Shown one piece after another: positions 13,665-27,355 of a stretch of DNA of 64,000 nt (its first letter is position 1; each line of letters opens with the position of its first letter). Where the stretch lies: NCBI GenBank assembly GCA_051362555.1, contig CM120646.1, positions 4,712,001-4,776,000 of the forward strand, written 5' to 3'. The notes under the pieces were generated by a model. The model made no database searches. It saw only the letters and a list, made by a program, of their open reading frames with translations, and was not told the DNA's origin. The position numbers and the translations under genes were made by a program. Origin of the DNA: Lingula anatina (Eukaryota; Animalia; Brachiopoda).

Positions 13665-16203
13665 TCACTTCACTTGAAAGGCGTACATCATTCCCTCCCT
13701 TGTGTCGAACGAATTATCCATCTGTCGTCTGGTCACCGTGACCCAGCGTCCGGCCATGAGGAAGTCGTCTATAGTTTCGTCCCAGCTCCTGCCGTTGTAT
13801 TCAGTGCCAACGATGTGTTTAAGAATGGTGTCCATCACCACGTAACCACCTGAAAGATAAAAAAAGGGAAAATGATTTCCCCTTTCTTGTTTTTTATTCT
13901 GATTTTGAGAAGAACGTCTTTATAATTTAGAAATACATGTAGTAAAGATTCGTGTGCGAATTTGCTTTATCTTTTATTTATTTATTTGAAGCATTTTAAA
14001 AGGGGTGTATGATATATGCTTCTTCATACAAAATGGCCCATTGACTTGAAAGTGGTTACTGCTATGTTGCTGAAGTAGCCACTGAGCATTGATCACATAA
14101 ATAGCAAGTGCCTGAAATGTAAAATGGATTTTGATGAATCTGACATAAAAAAGGTTTACAGTTAAGTGCAAATAATAACAAATAGGAAATTAAAAACAAA
14201 ACTTGATAGTCGCCATGGAATCTGGTGTTTTCTTGGATAAGAGATGGTTACAATTCATTATTGGTCTACTTAAAAGGAAACTTATGCTTGGGAAACATTT
14301 TCAATAATTAAAATACATTTATAGGCGATCATGTGGAATATCTAGTTTCCTGCGTTATGTCCTAACCAGCATTTGTTTCAAAAAGATTTAATAAACTTTC
14401 ATCTAGAGATAAACTGGAGGCCTTTAAATTTTGTGTCGAAGCAAATACCCCTGGGCGAAGAAACCATGGTCCGTTAAAATGAACACTTTTTAATTTGTCA
14501 TTCATGTAATTTCATGAAGTTCCAGAACAGTTCAGACTGTTTCCTCTTTCAAATATTCATCTCACCTACTTGTCATTATGGTAAATTTCCTCATACTTTT
14601 TCTTATATTTTATCTGGCAATGAAATATATATCATAAAATGTCCCCTTGACCTACCTGGTTTGACAATTCGAATGAATTCCCCCAAGCAATCTCCGCCGA
14701 TATGAGCTAAACCCGCCGCCCCTGTCATCATGACCGCATCGTATGTGTCTGTAAACAAACGTTTACTGTAATTCTTCATAATGGCACCCCACATTCTCAG
14801 CACTGTTTGCAATATAAACGTACGATAAGAATGTTTAACAAGACGTATGACAATGATCATTGCACGATCATCGGTCCGTACTATATTATCTATCAGCAGT
14901 CTGATGGCTTTTTTGTGGCTTTTTTGTGGGGGTTGTATATACTGCATATTGCTTCGTGTGTACATGTACTAGGTACATACCATCAGGGATATCCAGTCCC
15001 TCTGGCCCAAGTTTAATACACATCAACTTTTTATAGATATTTTTCTGCTTGGAAATGACAAGCATTTTACCACACATGTCGAAGGCATGGAGGTTGTGGA
15101 AACCTCGCTTTGCCAGCTAGAAAATAAAAGTAAAAAGAAGTTAATTTTGGTTCCATTTCCTTACGCAACCGATGCAAATACTTGGGTCTAAATGTGTGCC
15201 AAAAACTGTTTGACATCATGGGCCACGATCGAAGAATCTGCTATGTACTGCCTTAAACGTGAAGCCAGCTTTTACGTGCCAGTCTACACTCCTAAAGTCT
15301 CGTATACCATGGAATATACCCCAAAAACGTTAAGATATTACTAACTGATTGACATATTAATCACCTCCATGCCCCCTAAACCGGTTCCGCAGGCAGCATC
15401 CAGAATAAGCGCGTCTTTGTTGTCTTTTAAGCATTTTTCCATTTCGGTTGCGCCGACACTTGGTTGAGTGTAGTTTATCGTTGCCATATCCTGAATGAAA
15501 ATAATAAATAAAATATTTAATGACGACGATTTAATGTCATCATTCATCTAAGAATATTTATGTTAAAACATGTAGTTTATTTTATAAAGGTATTTCTGTA
15601 TAATTCATAGAAAGCCCAATATCAGAATTAGGCTACATCTATTTCCCAACAATGCAAGTTGATTGTGCTACTTTTTGTTTAATTTTTCCTTTTCAAAAAC
15701 ATTTATATAGAGCTACAAGAAATACAACCGACATATCAGGGTGTTTTTTTTTTTTTTTTTTTTTTTTTTTGATAGGGAAAACAAAAATATGATCACCAGG
15801 CCTCAGAACCCTAATTGCTGTTTTCTAACCCTAGGTTTGGGAACACAAATGCGCAAACTAACGACCCCAGCCACAAATTAACTTACTTAACGTAGAATTA
15901 CTTGCCTCAATGAAGCTTAGACTTTTATTACGCAATTAATTCGGTTCTCTGGCCGTAAATAGGCTTCCTATGGGTTCTTTGTATTCGGCAGCAGTGTTTT
16001 CTCGAATACCTCGAATATGCAACCTCTATCGTCAGTGTTTAAGCAAATTGATTATTGCCAAAGCAAATCACGCAGAATTCCAACTTTACCTTATCATAAT
16101 TTTCAGCCCATTTTTCATAGTCTTGTTCTGCTCTTTCGTTATCGAGACCTGGATTCTCAAACTCATCCAAAATTGGTATCCATTGCTCCTCTTGCTTGGC
16201 CAT
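13665..16203 (-). CDS. METTL27: METTL27/WBSCR27-like class I SAM-dependent methyltransferase copy B (217 aa, intact)
   Basis: Five GT-AG exons: 16203-16090, 15490-15365, 15116-14981, 14748-14656, 13849-13665 (654 nt, no stops). MAKQEEQWIPILDEFENPGLDNERAEQDYEKWAENYDK-DMATINYTQP...ALILDAACGTGLGGME-LAKRGFHNLHAFDM...TYDAVMMTGA...RIVKPG-GYVVMD...YAFQVK*. The symbol is family-level, not proven orthology. Confidence 0.9.
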
Positions 16204-17489
16204 TTTCCTATCAAGCTGATCTGGCCTATATAAGGTGATTGAAAATTGTTTCTTTATGAATTAAAAAAAATGCAAAATGACAACCATATGTTACATAATT
16301 CTACGAAACCCCCTTGCTGATTTATGCCTAATTTTTCGGGTTAAAAGTGGCATAAACAAAAATGAAAACAAACTGGGGTCATAGTGGCATAAACGAAAAA
16401 TGAAAAAAATAATAATAATAAAAGATAAAAAACAAACAAACTCATTTGATAGTCTGTATATCCCTGGAAGAAGAATCCATGTATTCATGTGATAAATGGC
16501 GGCCATCTGTGCCAATTTTAGATTTTCTCAAAATGGTTAACGATACACACATGATATCATAAGGATATTGAAGAAATGGAAAACACTAAGAAACAGACAT
16601 TATTTGGTTATGGTATTTGTGCCATAATACTCTCTATATAATGGTAAATACGCCCTATTGCGACATCTTATGCTTCCAATTATCAAATAACAATACAACA
16701 AGCATTGCATTTGATTTTATTTCTAAATTATCTAATTGAAGACATCTATGTAAATATGCACATATTTTAATAGCGTATTTATAGATTATATATTCCATGT
16801 CTAAGAGGGGTCTAAAAATAATGATAGGGATAATAAAGGGCACTATAAATCACTGGTAGTACATGTAATAGTAGTACTGATTTTGACACCCATATACACC
16901 TGTGGCAATGCCAGACACCTTGAAACGACCAAAGTGCATGTCTTGTAAAGACTAACAATTTATTAAAGAGTTACAAGGATGTACATAGAAACCATTGAAA
17001 ACAAACTTAATATGAGAATGTCCTTTATATCCCAAACTAACTTGGCAACTTGGCTATGCGTTATATGCACAGGTATATACGGTATGTAGATCAACATCAT
17101 ACCGTATCTAGAGTATAAATACCCATGTAGAAGACCCATACAAAAGCTAGTGTGTTTGTGTGTCTGTGTGTGTGCAGGTTTAAGCAAGAAAGCATTTAAA
17201 ACTCTCAATGTGTCAAACCACTTCATACAAACCTCATTAAACGTCTGCAGACCTACTGAGCAATATACTGGGGGAACTCAAGTCGAAATGGTTTTATTAA
17301 CATTCACGTCAGTATGAACTTACGTGTAACTTGACAGGTCAAACGTTCCGAATAGGGGATGCATTTAACGACAGACGGTTCTGTGATATTGTGATAGGAA
17401 GTAGAGCGTATGATTCGTAGAGCGTATAAAGGAAGGGAGTAGAGCGTATGAATCGTAGGGATTTATATATAAATGGTACATATAAATGT

Positions 17490-18460
17490 GTAGGCCAGGG
17501 ATGGGACATTTAATTTCATAGGTCAAAGATGTGTGACTATTAGTCAAGGCTTATTAATTATGGGTCAGAGGTTACAAGAAGTCATATTTTATTGATTTTT
17601 CATAAATCAGAACCAACATGTTTTTAAACATTGTTTGAATAAATGTTTTGTCATTTGGTGAATGGTTTGTGACCATGTTATAGTCTAATGCTTGTGACGG
17701 GAATTTGGAGCCCCAAGTATTTAATTTATGAAAATGTTGTAATTGAATATAAGCGTCACCGTTAGAAAATCCCTTATTTCAAAGTGGGAGTAGGGGAGTG
17801 CTCACTACATCAATATGTTAAAAATATATCAATAAATTATAGATCATAGTGGAGGTAAGGAACGGGACAATTAATTTCATAAGTCATGAATACATACCAA
17901 TTAGTTAAGCGTCATTGATAATGGGGCAAAGGTCAGAAAAGGTTATATTTTATGGATTTTTCATAAATTTAAGCCAAAATTTGGTTTAAAAACATTGTTT
18001 GAGTAAGAAATTGATATTCATCGTGAATAAACTATGAACATGTTATAGTGTAATGCTTTTGAAGAAAATTTGGAGCCTTAAGTGTCTTATTTTAGAAAAT
18101 TATGTTTACTTTTTATATGTGAACCTATCAGTAGAAATACGCCCCTTCAAAGTTGGAAGAAAGCAGATACAGCAACACAATCCACATGTTTATACTATTT
18201 TAGGATAGGACAATTTATTTTCTAATTAAGACACCTTTAAACGAAAGTCATGCCTCATTAGGAATAGGTTAAAAAAGGTCAACCGAGGTCAAATTAAAAG
18301 TTTTCTATGAACCTAAATACCAATGATAGATTGTGTTTTGGTTTAAATAAATAATATTTAGGGATAACTTGATATAAGATGGCTATTTATGACTGATGCA
18401 TTTGGTCTGAGATTGTTTCTTCAATCTTCAGAGTTAAATTTTTTCCATATCGTGGCTTCT
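17490..18460 (+). repeat. Degenerate fragment of the foldback-element arm (related to 1-1080)
   Basis: Shares the unit motifs gggatgggaca-ttaatttcata, atgggtcaaaggtca and gaaagtggggtagggga; duplicated at ~24510-25720. Confidence 0.7.
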
Positions 18461-19207
18461 ATTTTTATTTTTTATCAAGAAGAAACAAAATTTACAGTAT
18501 AGATGTACAAAATGTGAAAGATATCCGTTGATTATCACTCCATGACTTAAGGCCCTTGGATGCAGATACCAATGGTTCCTTAATCACTGAAGAAAGATAA
18601 TGTGCTAGAGTACCTATATGCTTAACTGCAACTGCCTGAGCTGTTAAAAGTTACTTCATATTTTAAATTTATTTGGTAATGTCCATCTGTATCTATCTAA
18701 AAAGCCATGTGTTAAAATTCTGGGGTATGCTTTACGTAAGCATATGAAATTACTACACTGTATTAAAATATATATATACACACTCTAGCTGCAAGTGCAA
18801 ATACAAGGATTTTACCATGTAACTGTCTCGACCATATATTAATACAGTTTTCTTAAATTTCATCGCATTCCATTTAGAAATTGATAGTTTGATAAATTGA
18901 ATTTTAAGTTCAGCATATTTATTCACCCTATACGCACATTATGGCTATTGACTTACATATAATACATACACAACAGCATGTTCTAAGTCCTTTAAGCATA
19001 TAAATCCTGCTTAGGAGTTAATGCTGACTTCTGTTGATCACAAATGTTTTCACCAAGCAGGCGCGAAGAAAGCAAATTTTAAGCGTATGTGTGTATGTAT
19101 TGGTGCAACCATTCAGAAGCAAAAGCCGCAGGGAAATCTCCATAGATCCACCTTGGTTTTACACTCATGTCTGGCGTGGTTGAAATAGATCGACTTGTAA
19201 ACCACAG

Positions 19208-21609
19208 TCACTTCACTTGAAAGGCGTACTGCATTCCCTCCATAGTGTTGAAGGAGTTCTCCACCTGTCGTCTGGTCACTGTGACCCAGCGTCCGGCCAT
19301 GAGGAAGTCGTCTATTGTTTCATCCCAGCTCTTGCCGTTGTATTCAGTGCCAACGATGTATTTAAGAATGGTGTCCATCACCACGTAACCACCTGAAAGA
19401 TAAAACCAATTGAAAATGCTTAACTCCTTTTTGTTCATTTTTATTCAAATATTGAAAAGAACACCTTTACCTCTTGGTAATCAAAAAAGTAATGAACTAT
19501 GCGCGAATTTATACTTTATCCATTTATTGATTTTTTTAGTTTAAGCCTCTTTATACAAAATTGCTCATTGATTTGAAAGTGGTTCCATTGGTTTACGGAA
19601 ACCCAGTTCGTTGTCATTGAGCATTGTCCACTAAAATGAGAAGTAATTTAAAATGTTTTTTGATAAATCTGACATATTAAAATAGTTTACAGTAAAGTGT
19701 AAAAAGGACACTTGGGAAATTAGAAACACAAATTGATAGTCGCAATGGCATCTGATGCTTTCTTAGATAAGCTGTACGAGATGGTTAAAATGCATTAATA
19801 GTCCCCTTAAAAGGAAAAAAATGTATTAGAAAAATGTGTTCAATAATTTTAATATAATAGAATAATAATTTTGATATAATAATTTTTAAAAATACATTTT
19901 AAAGGAGATCAAGTGGAATTCCTAGTTTCCACCTTCATGTCCAAAGCAGCATTTGTTTCTAAAAGTTTTAACAAAATTTCATCTAGAGATAAACTGGTGG
20001 CCTTTTGTGAAACAAAAATCCCTGCTGAAATGAACAATTTATAATTTATCTGTCTTGTAACTTCATTAAGCTCAAGAACAGTTCATTCTGTTTCCTCTTT
20101 CAAATATTTATCTCGGTTACTTGTCAGTGTGGGAAATTTCCTCTTAATTTTCTCATACTTTATCTGAAATGAAATTTATATCATAAAATGTCCCCTTAAC
20201 CTACCTGGTTTGACAATTCGAATGAATTCTCCCAAGCAATCTCCGCCGATATGAGCTAAACCCGCTGCCCCTGTCATCATGACCGCATCGTATGTGTCTG
20301 TAAACAAACAAAGGATTCACCGTATAGATCTTGGTAATAATAGAAGTATATTGTTAAATAGCATTCGGCCACTGTGTCTTCTTCGGGGATTATGTATCGG
20401 ATTGTATTTAACAACTATAATATATATCTTTCTATGTGCATCAATATATATACTTCTATGCAAACAAACAAACAAACAAACAAATATATATTTATGCTTA
20501 AATAGTCCTTCATGACCGCGTTCCACATTCCCGGTGCTGTTGGCAATATACATTTAAATGAACGATTTAATAAGCTGTATGTTTGATTATGAAAACATGA
20601 TCATCGGGTGACTTTTGATGTACCAACTTCATGCTTCAGTTCCTGAAGTAAAATCCAGTTAAGCAAGGAAATGAACTGGACTTAACGGCCATTTAGATAG
20701 GCTAACTCTTTGACAATCTGCGATCAGATAGAGAATCGGGCTTAATCACAAAGGTTGGCTTCTTTTAACAGTATGGACTCATGGCATATACGCTGATAAA
20801 AGTTTCAAATAGACATCTAATAATTCTTACAAACAGCATATGTCATTACACAACTAAAACAGTTGCAATCATAGATTGTAAAGAAATACTAAGAATTCAT
20901 TAGCCGTATGATAAGGTGATAAATAAAGATATGTATAATTAGAAAAACACTCTGAGAGCGCAGACCTCCGCCAATGTTTGATTATTATTGATTATTGATC
21001 CGTATCACCACCAAAAACTAATCACTTCTAAGTCAACCCATTTCTGACCTACCCTGAAACGTTCATCAAAATCGGTCCATACCTTTTTGAGTTATGTTGA
21101 AGATTGATTTATGATTATTGATAATTGAATGATTATTGATCCAGATCACCGCCAAAAACTAATCGCTTCTAAGTTAACCCATTTCTGATCCACCCTGAAA
21201 ATTTCATCAAAATCAGCCCATAACTTTTTCAGTTATGTTGATGTTTGATGTTTGATGTTTGATTATTGATTGATTAATGATCCGGATTACCACCAAAAAC
21301 GTATCATCTCTTTCTTGGCCCACTTCTGACATTTTTTTTTTTTTTTTTGAAAATTTCATCAAAATCGGTCCATCACTTTTTGAGTTATGTTGATGACAGA
21401 CAAACAAACAGGGGTGAAAACATAACCTCCTTATATAAACTTACATTAACTTACGAACATCTTCGAACGTCTTTGTCATTACGAAGTAACTTTCCCAAGT
21501 ATTTCGACGTTACTTAGTTTTAAGTTTTGCATTAAAAGGAAACCACATGTAAAATCTAGTAGTTCTATTCTATTTTGCCAACTTTTACGCTTATTTAAGC
21601 CACCCCAAC

Positions 21610-21649
<40 letters not shown>

Positions 21650-22591
21650 TGTGTGTGCGTGAGAGAGAGAGAGAGAGAGCGAGAGAGATGTATATACTGC
21701 ATATTATTCGCATGAACATGTACTAGACCATACATACCATCAGGGATATCCAGTCCCTCCGGACCAAGTCTAATACACATCAATTTTCTATAGATATTCT
21801 TCTGCTTGGCAATGTCAAGCATTTTACTGGACATGTCGAAGGCATGGAGGTTGTGGAAACCACGCTTTGTCAGCTAGAAAATATATGTAGAGAGAAGTTT
21901 ATTTTAGTTCCATTTCCCTACGCAACCAATGCAAATGCTAGGGTAATGAATTTCAGTTCAATGTCCTGGAGCAGGATCGAAGACTGCTGACCATGCACTG
22001 CCTTAAACCTGAAGCCAGCTTTTATGTGCCAGTCTTCACCCCTAAAGACTCGTATACCATGAAAGATACCCAAAAAATATTATGATATTACTTAGTGACA
22101 TATATTAATCACCTCTATGCCCCCTAAACCGGTCCCGCAGGCGGCCTCCAAAATAAGAGCATCTTTGTTGTCCTTTAAGCATTTTTCTATTTCGGCTGCG
22201 CAGACACTTGGTTGAGTGTAATTTAGAATTGCCATGTTCTGAAAGAAAATAATAAATTACATCTTTAATGATGATGATTTAATGCCATCATTTATCTAAG
22301 AATATTTATGTCAAATACATGTAGTCTATTTTATGAAGGCATTTATGTATGATGCATAGACATCCCAATCTCAGAGTTACATCTATTTTCCCTACAAAAA
22401 AGTTGATTGTGCCACTTTTCAATGTTTAAGCAAATTAATTATTGCCAAAAGCAAATCACGCAGAATTCTAACTTTACCTTATCATAATTATCAGCCCATT
22501 TTTCATAAATTTGTTTTGCTCTCTCGTTATCGAGACCTGGCTTATCAAACTCTTCAAAAATTGGTATCCACTGCTCCCCTTGCTTCGCCAT
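19208..22591 (-). CDS. METTL27: METTL27/WBSCR27-like methyltransferase copy C (217 aa, intact)
   Basis: Exons 22591-22478, 22238-22113, 21873-21738, 20297-20205 and 19392-19208; same sizes and phases as copy B; open frame; motif I reads LEAACGTG. The symbol is family-level. Confidence 0.9.
20939..21432. mobile_element. HINE/Helentron-type non-autonomous element in intron 3 of copy C
   Basis: gagcgcagacctccgccaa at the left end, three ~120-bp internal tandem repeats, an acagacaaacaaaca microsatellite, then aaaacataacctcctt. Absent from the copy B intron. Confidence 0.6.
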
Positions 22592-23824
22592 TTTCTTTTT
22601 CAAGTTGGCCTGGCCTATATAAGGGGATTAAGAATTGATTCTTTGTGAATGAAAAAAAACAAAAAAAACAAAACAAAATGACCACCATTTGTTAAGAAAT
22701 ACTGGGAAAACCCCTCTCAAAACTAGCCAATATGCACACTTAACTGTTACATAGTAAAATAACATAATAAGGGTAACAAGGTTGTGTAGCCTTGAAAAAA
22801 CTATAGTGAACTTAATTCCATACAAACACAAGATAACATTCACTCCATTTCATAATGGACCATTTATCTCTATGGCAGTTGTTAATACAGAAGCATAGCA
22901 CAAGTATACGTATGAGAATTGGGGAACATTGGTATTAATAAAAAATGAAAACAAAGTTCAATTGGAGAAATGGAAAACATTGAGAAACAAACATTTGGTT
23001 AAGGGATTTGTACCATAAGACTCTCTCTTTAATGGTAAATCCATCTTATGCTCCCGGTTATCAAATTACAACACAACAGGCATTGCATTAGATTTTGTTT
23101 TTTAAAATATCTTTTCAAAGAAATCTATGTGTTTATGCATTTATCTTATAAGAGTATATTTCATGTCTAAGAGGAGGCTAAAATAATGATAGGAATAATA
23201 AAGTCAATAAAAGGCACTATAAATCCCTGGTAGTACATGTACTGGTAGTAATTATTTTGACACCCATATGCACCTATTGAAGCATCGGCCATCTTGTAAT
23301 GACCAAGGTGCATGCATTTTACCAGCCAGGTATTTATCAAAGGGTTATAAGCCTGTGAAAACCAGTGGAAAAACTTTATTTGAGAACGTCCACTGTACCC
23401 CTGAACTAGATTGGCAACCTAACTATGAGTCTTATGTACAGGTAAATACAGTATGTAGGTCAACATCAGTGGTGTGAATACCGTATCTCCAGTAAATTCA
23501 AGACTCGTACCAAATCCAGTGTGTGCGCGTGTGTGCGCGTGTGTGTGTGCGTGTGTGCATGGTCAGGTTTAAGCAAGAAAGCATCTAAAACTCTCAGTAT
23601 GTTAAAACACTTCATACCCACCTCATTAAAATCACTAACGTCTGTAGACCTGAGCAATATACTGGGGGCACTCAAAAGTCGAGGTGGCTTTATTTACATT
23701 CACGTCAGTATGAGTGTAACTTGGCAGGTTAAAGGTTTGGAACTGGGGTATGCATTATAACGACCTGTAACCTACTGTGATATTGTGTTAGGTGAGATTG
23801 AAGTAGAATCGATGGAATGTTTCA

Positions 23825-23826
<2 letters not shown>

Positions 23827-23866
<40 letters not shown>

Positions 23867-24460
23867 AAAAGAAAAACAGAACAGCAACTTTTTTGCCCCG
23901 ACCGGTTTCTTTCTTTCTTCAGGGGGTTTTGTTTATTTGTTATTAGGTGATGTCATAAAGGCTAAATTGTGACGTCTGTAACAATGGGTGTTTAATTGTT
24001 ACTTTTACCAATGCTTTTATCTATTCAATGTAGGCAGTTAAGGATAATTCGTGAATTCCCGCGAAGGTTACTCAATTTACAAAAATTCAACCACGACGTC
24101 ATCTCAGCGCACGCGCTCCGTTCTGAATATTTTCCTACGCGCGGCCAGTTGCCATCTGACTGTATACTTATTAATGAATAGATTTTCTTTCATTTCCCTT
24201 TCTGTTTGGGTTGTTTCCCTAGTGAATTTATAAAATGGGAATACCGTAAAGTCCTTGTTTTTGTTCATAGAGCATTCCCTAATGTGCCCACTCACAGACG
24301 TGCACTGATATTTAGGTTGTCTTATTTGTTGTGTGTGAACGGTCATTCTATGTCGGAGAGTGTCTCCAGTTTGTCCCATATAGTTCTCACCGCATCCACT
24401 GCAAGTTAATACATAAATTAAATCTGGGCTAGTGCAGGTGAATGGGTGTTTAATTGGGAT
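23827..24460 (-). mobile_element. Penelope-like retroelement 3' fragment (GIY-YIG endonuclease remnant) with (TA)n
   Basis: ORF 24104-24562 contains FTCTSPDLIYVLTCSGCGENYMGQTGDTLRHRMTVH...VSGHIREC...EREMKENLFINKY, the typical PLE GIY-YIG C-terminus with its CCHH pattern. Absent from the paralogous region near 17400-17500. Confidence 0.85.
23896..23926 (-). ncRNA. Minimal type I hammerhead-ribozyme-like motif of the Penelope pLTR
   Basis: Minus strand reads cccc-CTGAAGA-aagaaa-GAAA-CCGG-TC-gggg: stem I, conserved core, palindromic stem III and UH site. Stem II is degenerate. Confidence 0.55.
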
Positions 24461-24594
24461 TAAATGTCCCATCCCTTGCCTACATAATGATATACAGGGG
24501 TGACACATGATATATATGGGACATTTAATTTCATCGGTCAAGGATGCGTGACTATTAGTCATGGCTTATTGATTATGGGTAAGAGGTTACAAGA

Positions 24595-24762
24595 CAGGGG
24601 CGGATTTAGGCCGTCTTCTGGGTCTTCCAGAAGACGGTCAGATTTTCAAGTTTACATTAAAAGGTATCTTGTTTTTCCTGTTGGAAGACGGTCAAAATTG
24701 GAGGATAGATCAATAAATATAATTTGGAAGACTGTCAGAAAATAGCTCTGGGTCCGCCCCTG
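24595..24762. mobile_element. MITE with CAGGGGCGGA TIRs and a 5-bp TSD (CAAGA)
   Basis: caggggcgga...tccgcccctg flanked by caaga; empty site gttacaagaagtcat at ~17571. Confidence 0.8.
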
Positions 24763-25730
24763 CAAGAGGTCATATTTTATTGGTTTTTCATAAATCAGAA
24801 CCAAAATGTTTTAAAACATTGTTTTTATAAATGTTTTGTCATTTTGTGAATGATTTGTGACCATGTTATAGTATAATTATTGTGAGGGAAATTAATTTGG
24901 AACTCAAGTATCTAATTTAAGAAAATTGTGCAATTGGATATAAACGTAACAGTTAAAACATCCCCTATTTGAAAGTGGGGGTAGGGGAGACAAAGTGCTC
25001 ACTACATCAATATGGTAAAGTATATATCAATAAATTATATATAATTATGGAGGTAAGGCACGTGGCAATTAATTTTATAAGTCATGAATGCATGGCAATT
25101 TGTAAAGGGTGATTAATAATGGGGCAAATGTCAGAAAAGGTTATATTTCATGGATTTTTCATACATTTAAGCCAAAAATTGTTTTAAAAGTATTGTTTGA
25201 GTAAGAAATTGAGATATCGTGACTTAACCATGGACAAGTTATATTGTAATGTTTTTGAACAAAATTTGGAGCCTTAAGGTTTTTTTTTAGAAAATTATGA
25301 TCACTTATTGAATGTGAACCTATCAGTCAAAATACGCCCTCTTGAAAGTTGGGGTAGGGGGGAGAAAATGTTCATAACTGGAAGAAAGGAGAAGATACAG
25401 CAGCACAATCCACATGTTTATGCAGTTTAAGATATGACAATTTATTTCTTAATATATTAAGACACCTGTAAACAAAAGTCATACCTCATAAGGAATAGGT
25501 TAAAAGGTCAACCGAGGTCAAATTTAAAGCTTTCTTATGAGTGTGAACATACATGTAACACCAATGGTAGATTTTGTTTTGGTTTAAATAAATAATATTT
25601 AGAGATAACGTGATATTAGATGGCTATTGATGACAAATGCATTTGATATGTGATTGTTTCTTCAATTTTTAGATTTTTATTATTTATTTTTTTTTTTAAT
25701 TTTCCCATATCATGACTTCTATTTAAAGTA

Positions 25731-25968
25731 CACACACTGGACAATAGAAGTGTCACCCTACTGAACCAATTCTTTGAGGGGAGATAAATAACTGTGGAAT
25801 GATAAGCTCCTGGTATCATTTTATTAACGTCAAATTTCACAAAAGAAACGGTTCTGACTGAACAATTCAGCTGTATCGATATTCTAACATTGCTTATATT
25901 CCGCCTCTTCAGGTTAATAACTTTGATTCTCTGATTCAGGGAGTGAAACTTCTATTGTCCAGTGTGTG
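25731..25968. mobile_element. Tc1/mariner-type MITE
   Basis: TIR cacacactggacaatagaagt / acttctattgtccagtgtgtg with TA on both sides. Confidence 0.8.
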
Positions 25969-27020
25969 TAGAAGTGAGGTCGTTCAGGAAAATGGAGTAT
26001 TCGAGAGAAGTATTTCTTTGTTGTAATCTGTAAGATGAAATACATGTTGTATTTTGCAATTGAACCAATTCCCCCAAAATATTATCTTTTACTACTTTTA
26101 TTTAAAAATGCGATATATAAATAAACGAAGAAACGAATTTTGACCATTTACTGCAGGAGTTTATTTCAGATGTGGTACATACGATAGCAATTTTAGTAAC
26201 CTTCAGTAATCTAATATGTATATTTTTACGACCCAGCCGTTAGTCATTGTTTTAACACGGTTTAATTGTTTAAGTACTTATAGCGTATATATTAAAGTTT
26301 TAATCAAAATAAATATGTGAAGTAAATAATCATAATCACTGTAATGACGTTTATATGTACCAAAATAAATGACTAAATCAATTGAAACAAGGATAATTTT
26401 AAAAGTAGTTTTGTAGTAATACTGAAAACAAATTTCGAAGCCATTCAGTTGGCGATCCTATATTCATATTCAAACCCCAGTAAAGTTAGTTCCATATGCC
26501 ACAGGAGGGTAATTGGAAATTAACTGACGCACTGAATCTAAGCTGCAGGGTAGTGAACCGTGTCCATGCTGGTCAGAACATCGGAGTGGATCTGGTGACA
26601 TTTCTGATGGCCACTGCCTTGCAAATACAATTGTCCTTGTCGTGACCTACAACAAAGCAAAACAAAACTAAGATATGCTTCATATGTCTGGTACAAGCTA
26701 CCCATACTCTCCGAGTTAATTTTTTTTTCGTCCTACCCCAAAAATTTTACAATATGCGACGCACTAGTTACTGGTCGTAATAAGACCAGATTCGTTAGAA
26801 ACACATTTACATGTTTTGTACAGACAGTGAATGGTCTATGGCAAAGTGATGTTCCTTAAAGGAATGCACCAAGAGAAGTCGTATTGTTCCAGGGAAAAAT
26901 TTTATGACTCAACATCTGTTGGCATGTTTACAGACGATGTACACTGTATAATGTTAACTGATTGCTGAAAGTGGGGACAATGTAAATTTTATTTACACAT
27001 GCTGAACGAGAGAGGGATAC

Positions 27021-27068
<48 letters not shown>

Positions 27069-27312
27069 TTGAGGTGCCTGCAAGGTTATGTCTCCCCAAA
27101 ATGGACTAGTTGTGGCCGTAAAGGCCTACGGTCGTGCTTTTTTATGTATAATATAGACAAATCCACCATGTACACTGTAGAATGATGCCTACCCCTAAGC
27201 AAAATGAAAAGTTTCTAGAAATATTGCAGCAATATCACAGCAAATTAACACTTTGCAGCAGCGAGTTTGCAAGAAAAATATATTACTGCTTATTTACAGC
27301 CTTATTGCTGCT

Positions 27313-27355
<43 letters not shown>

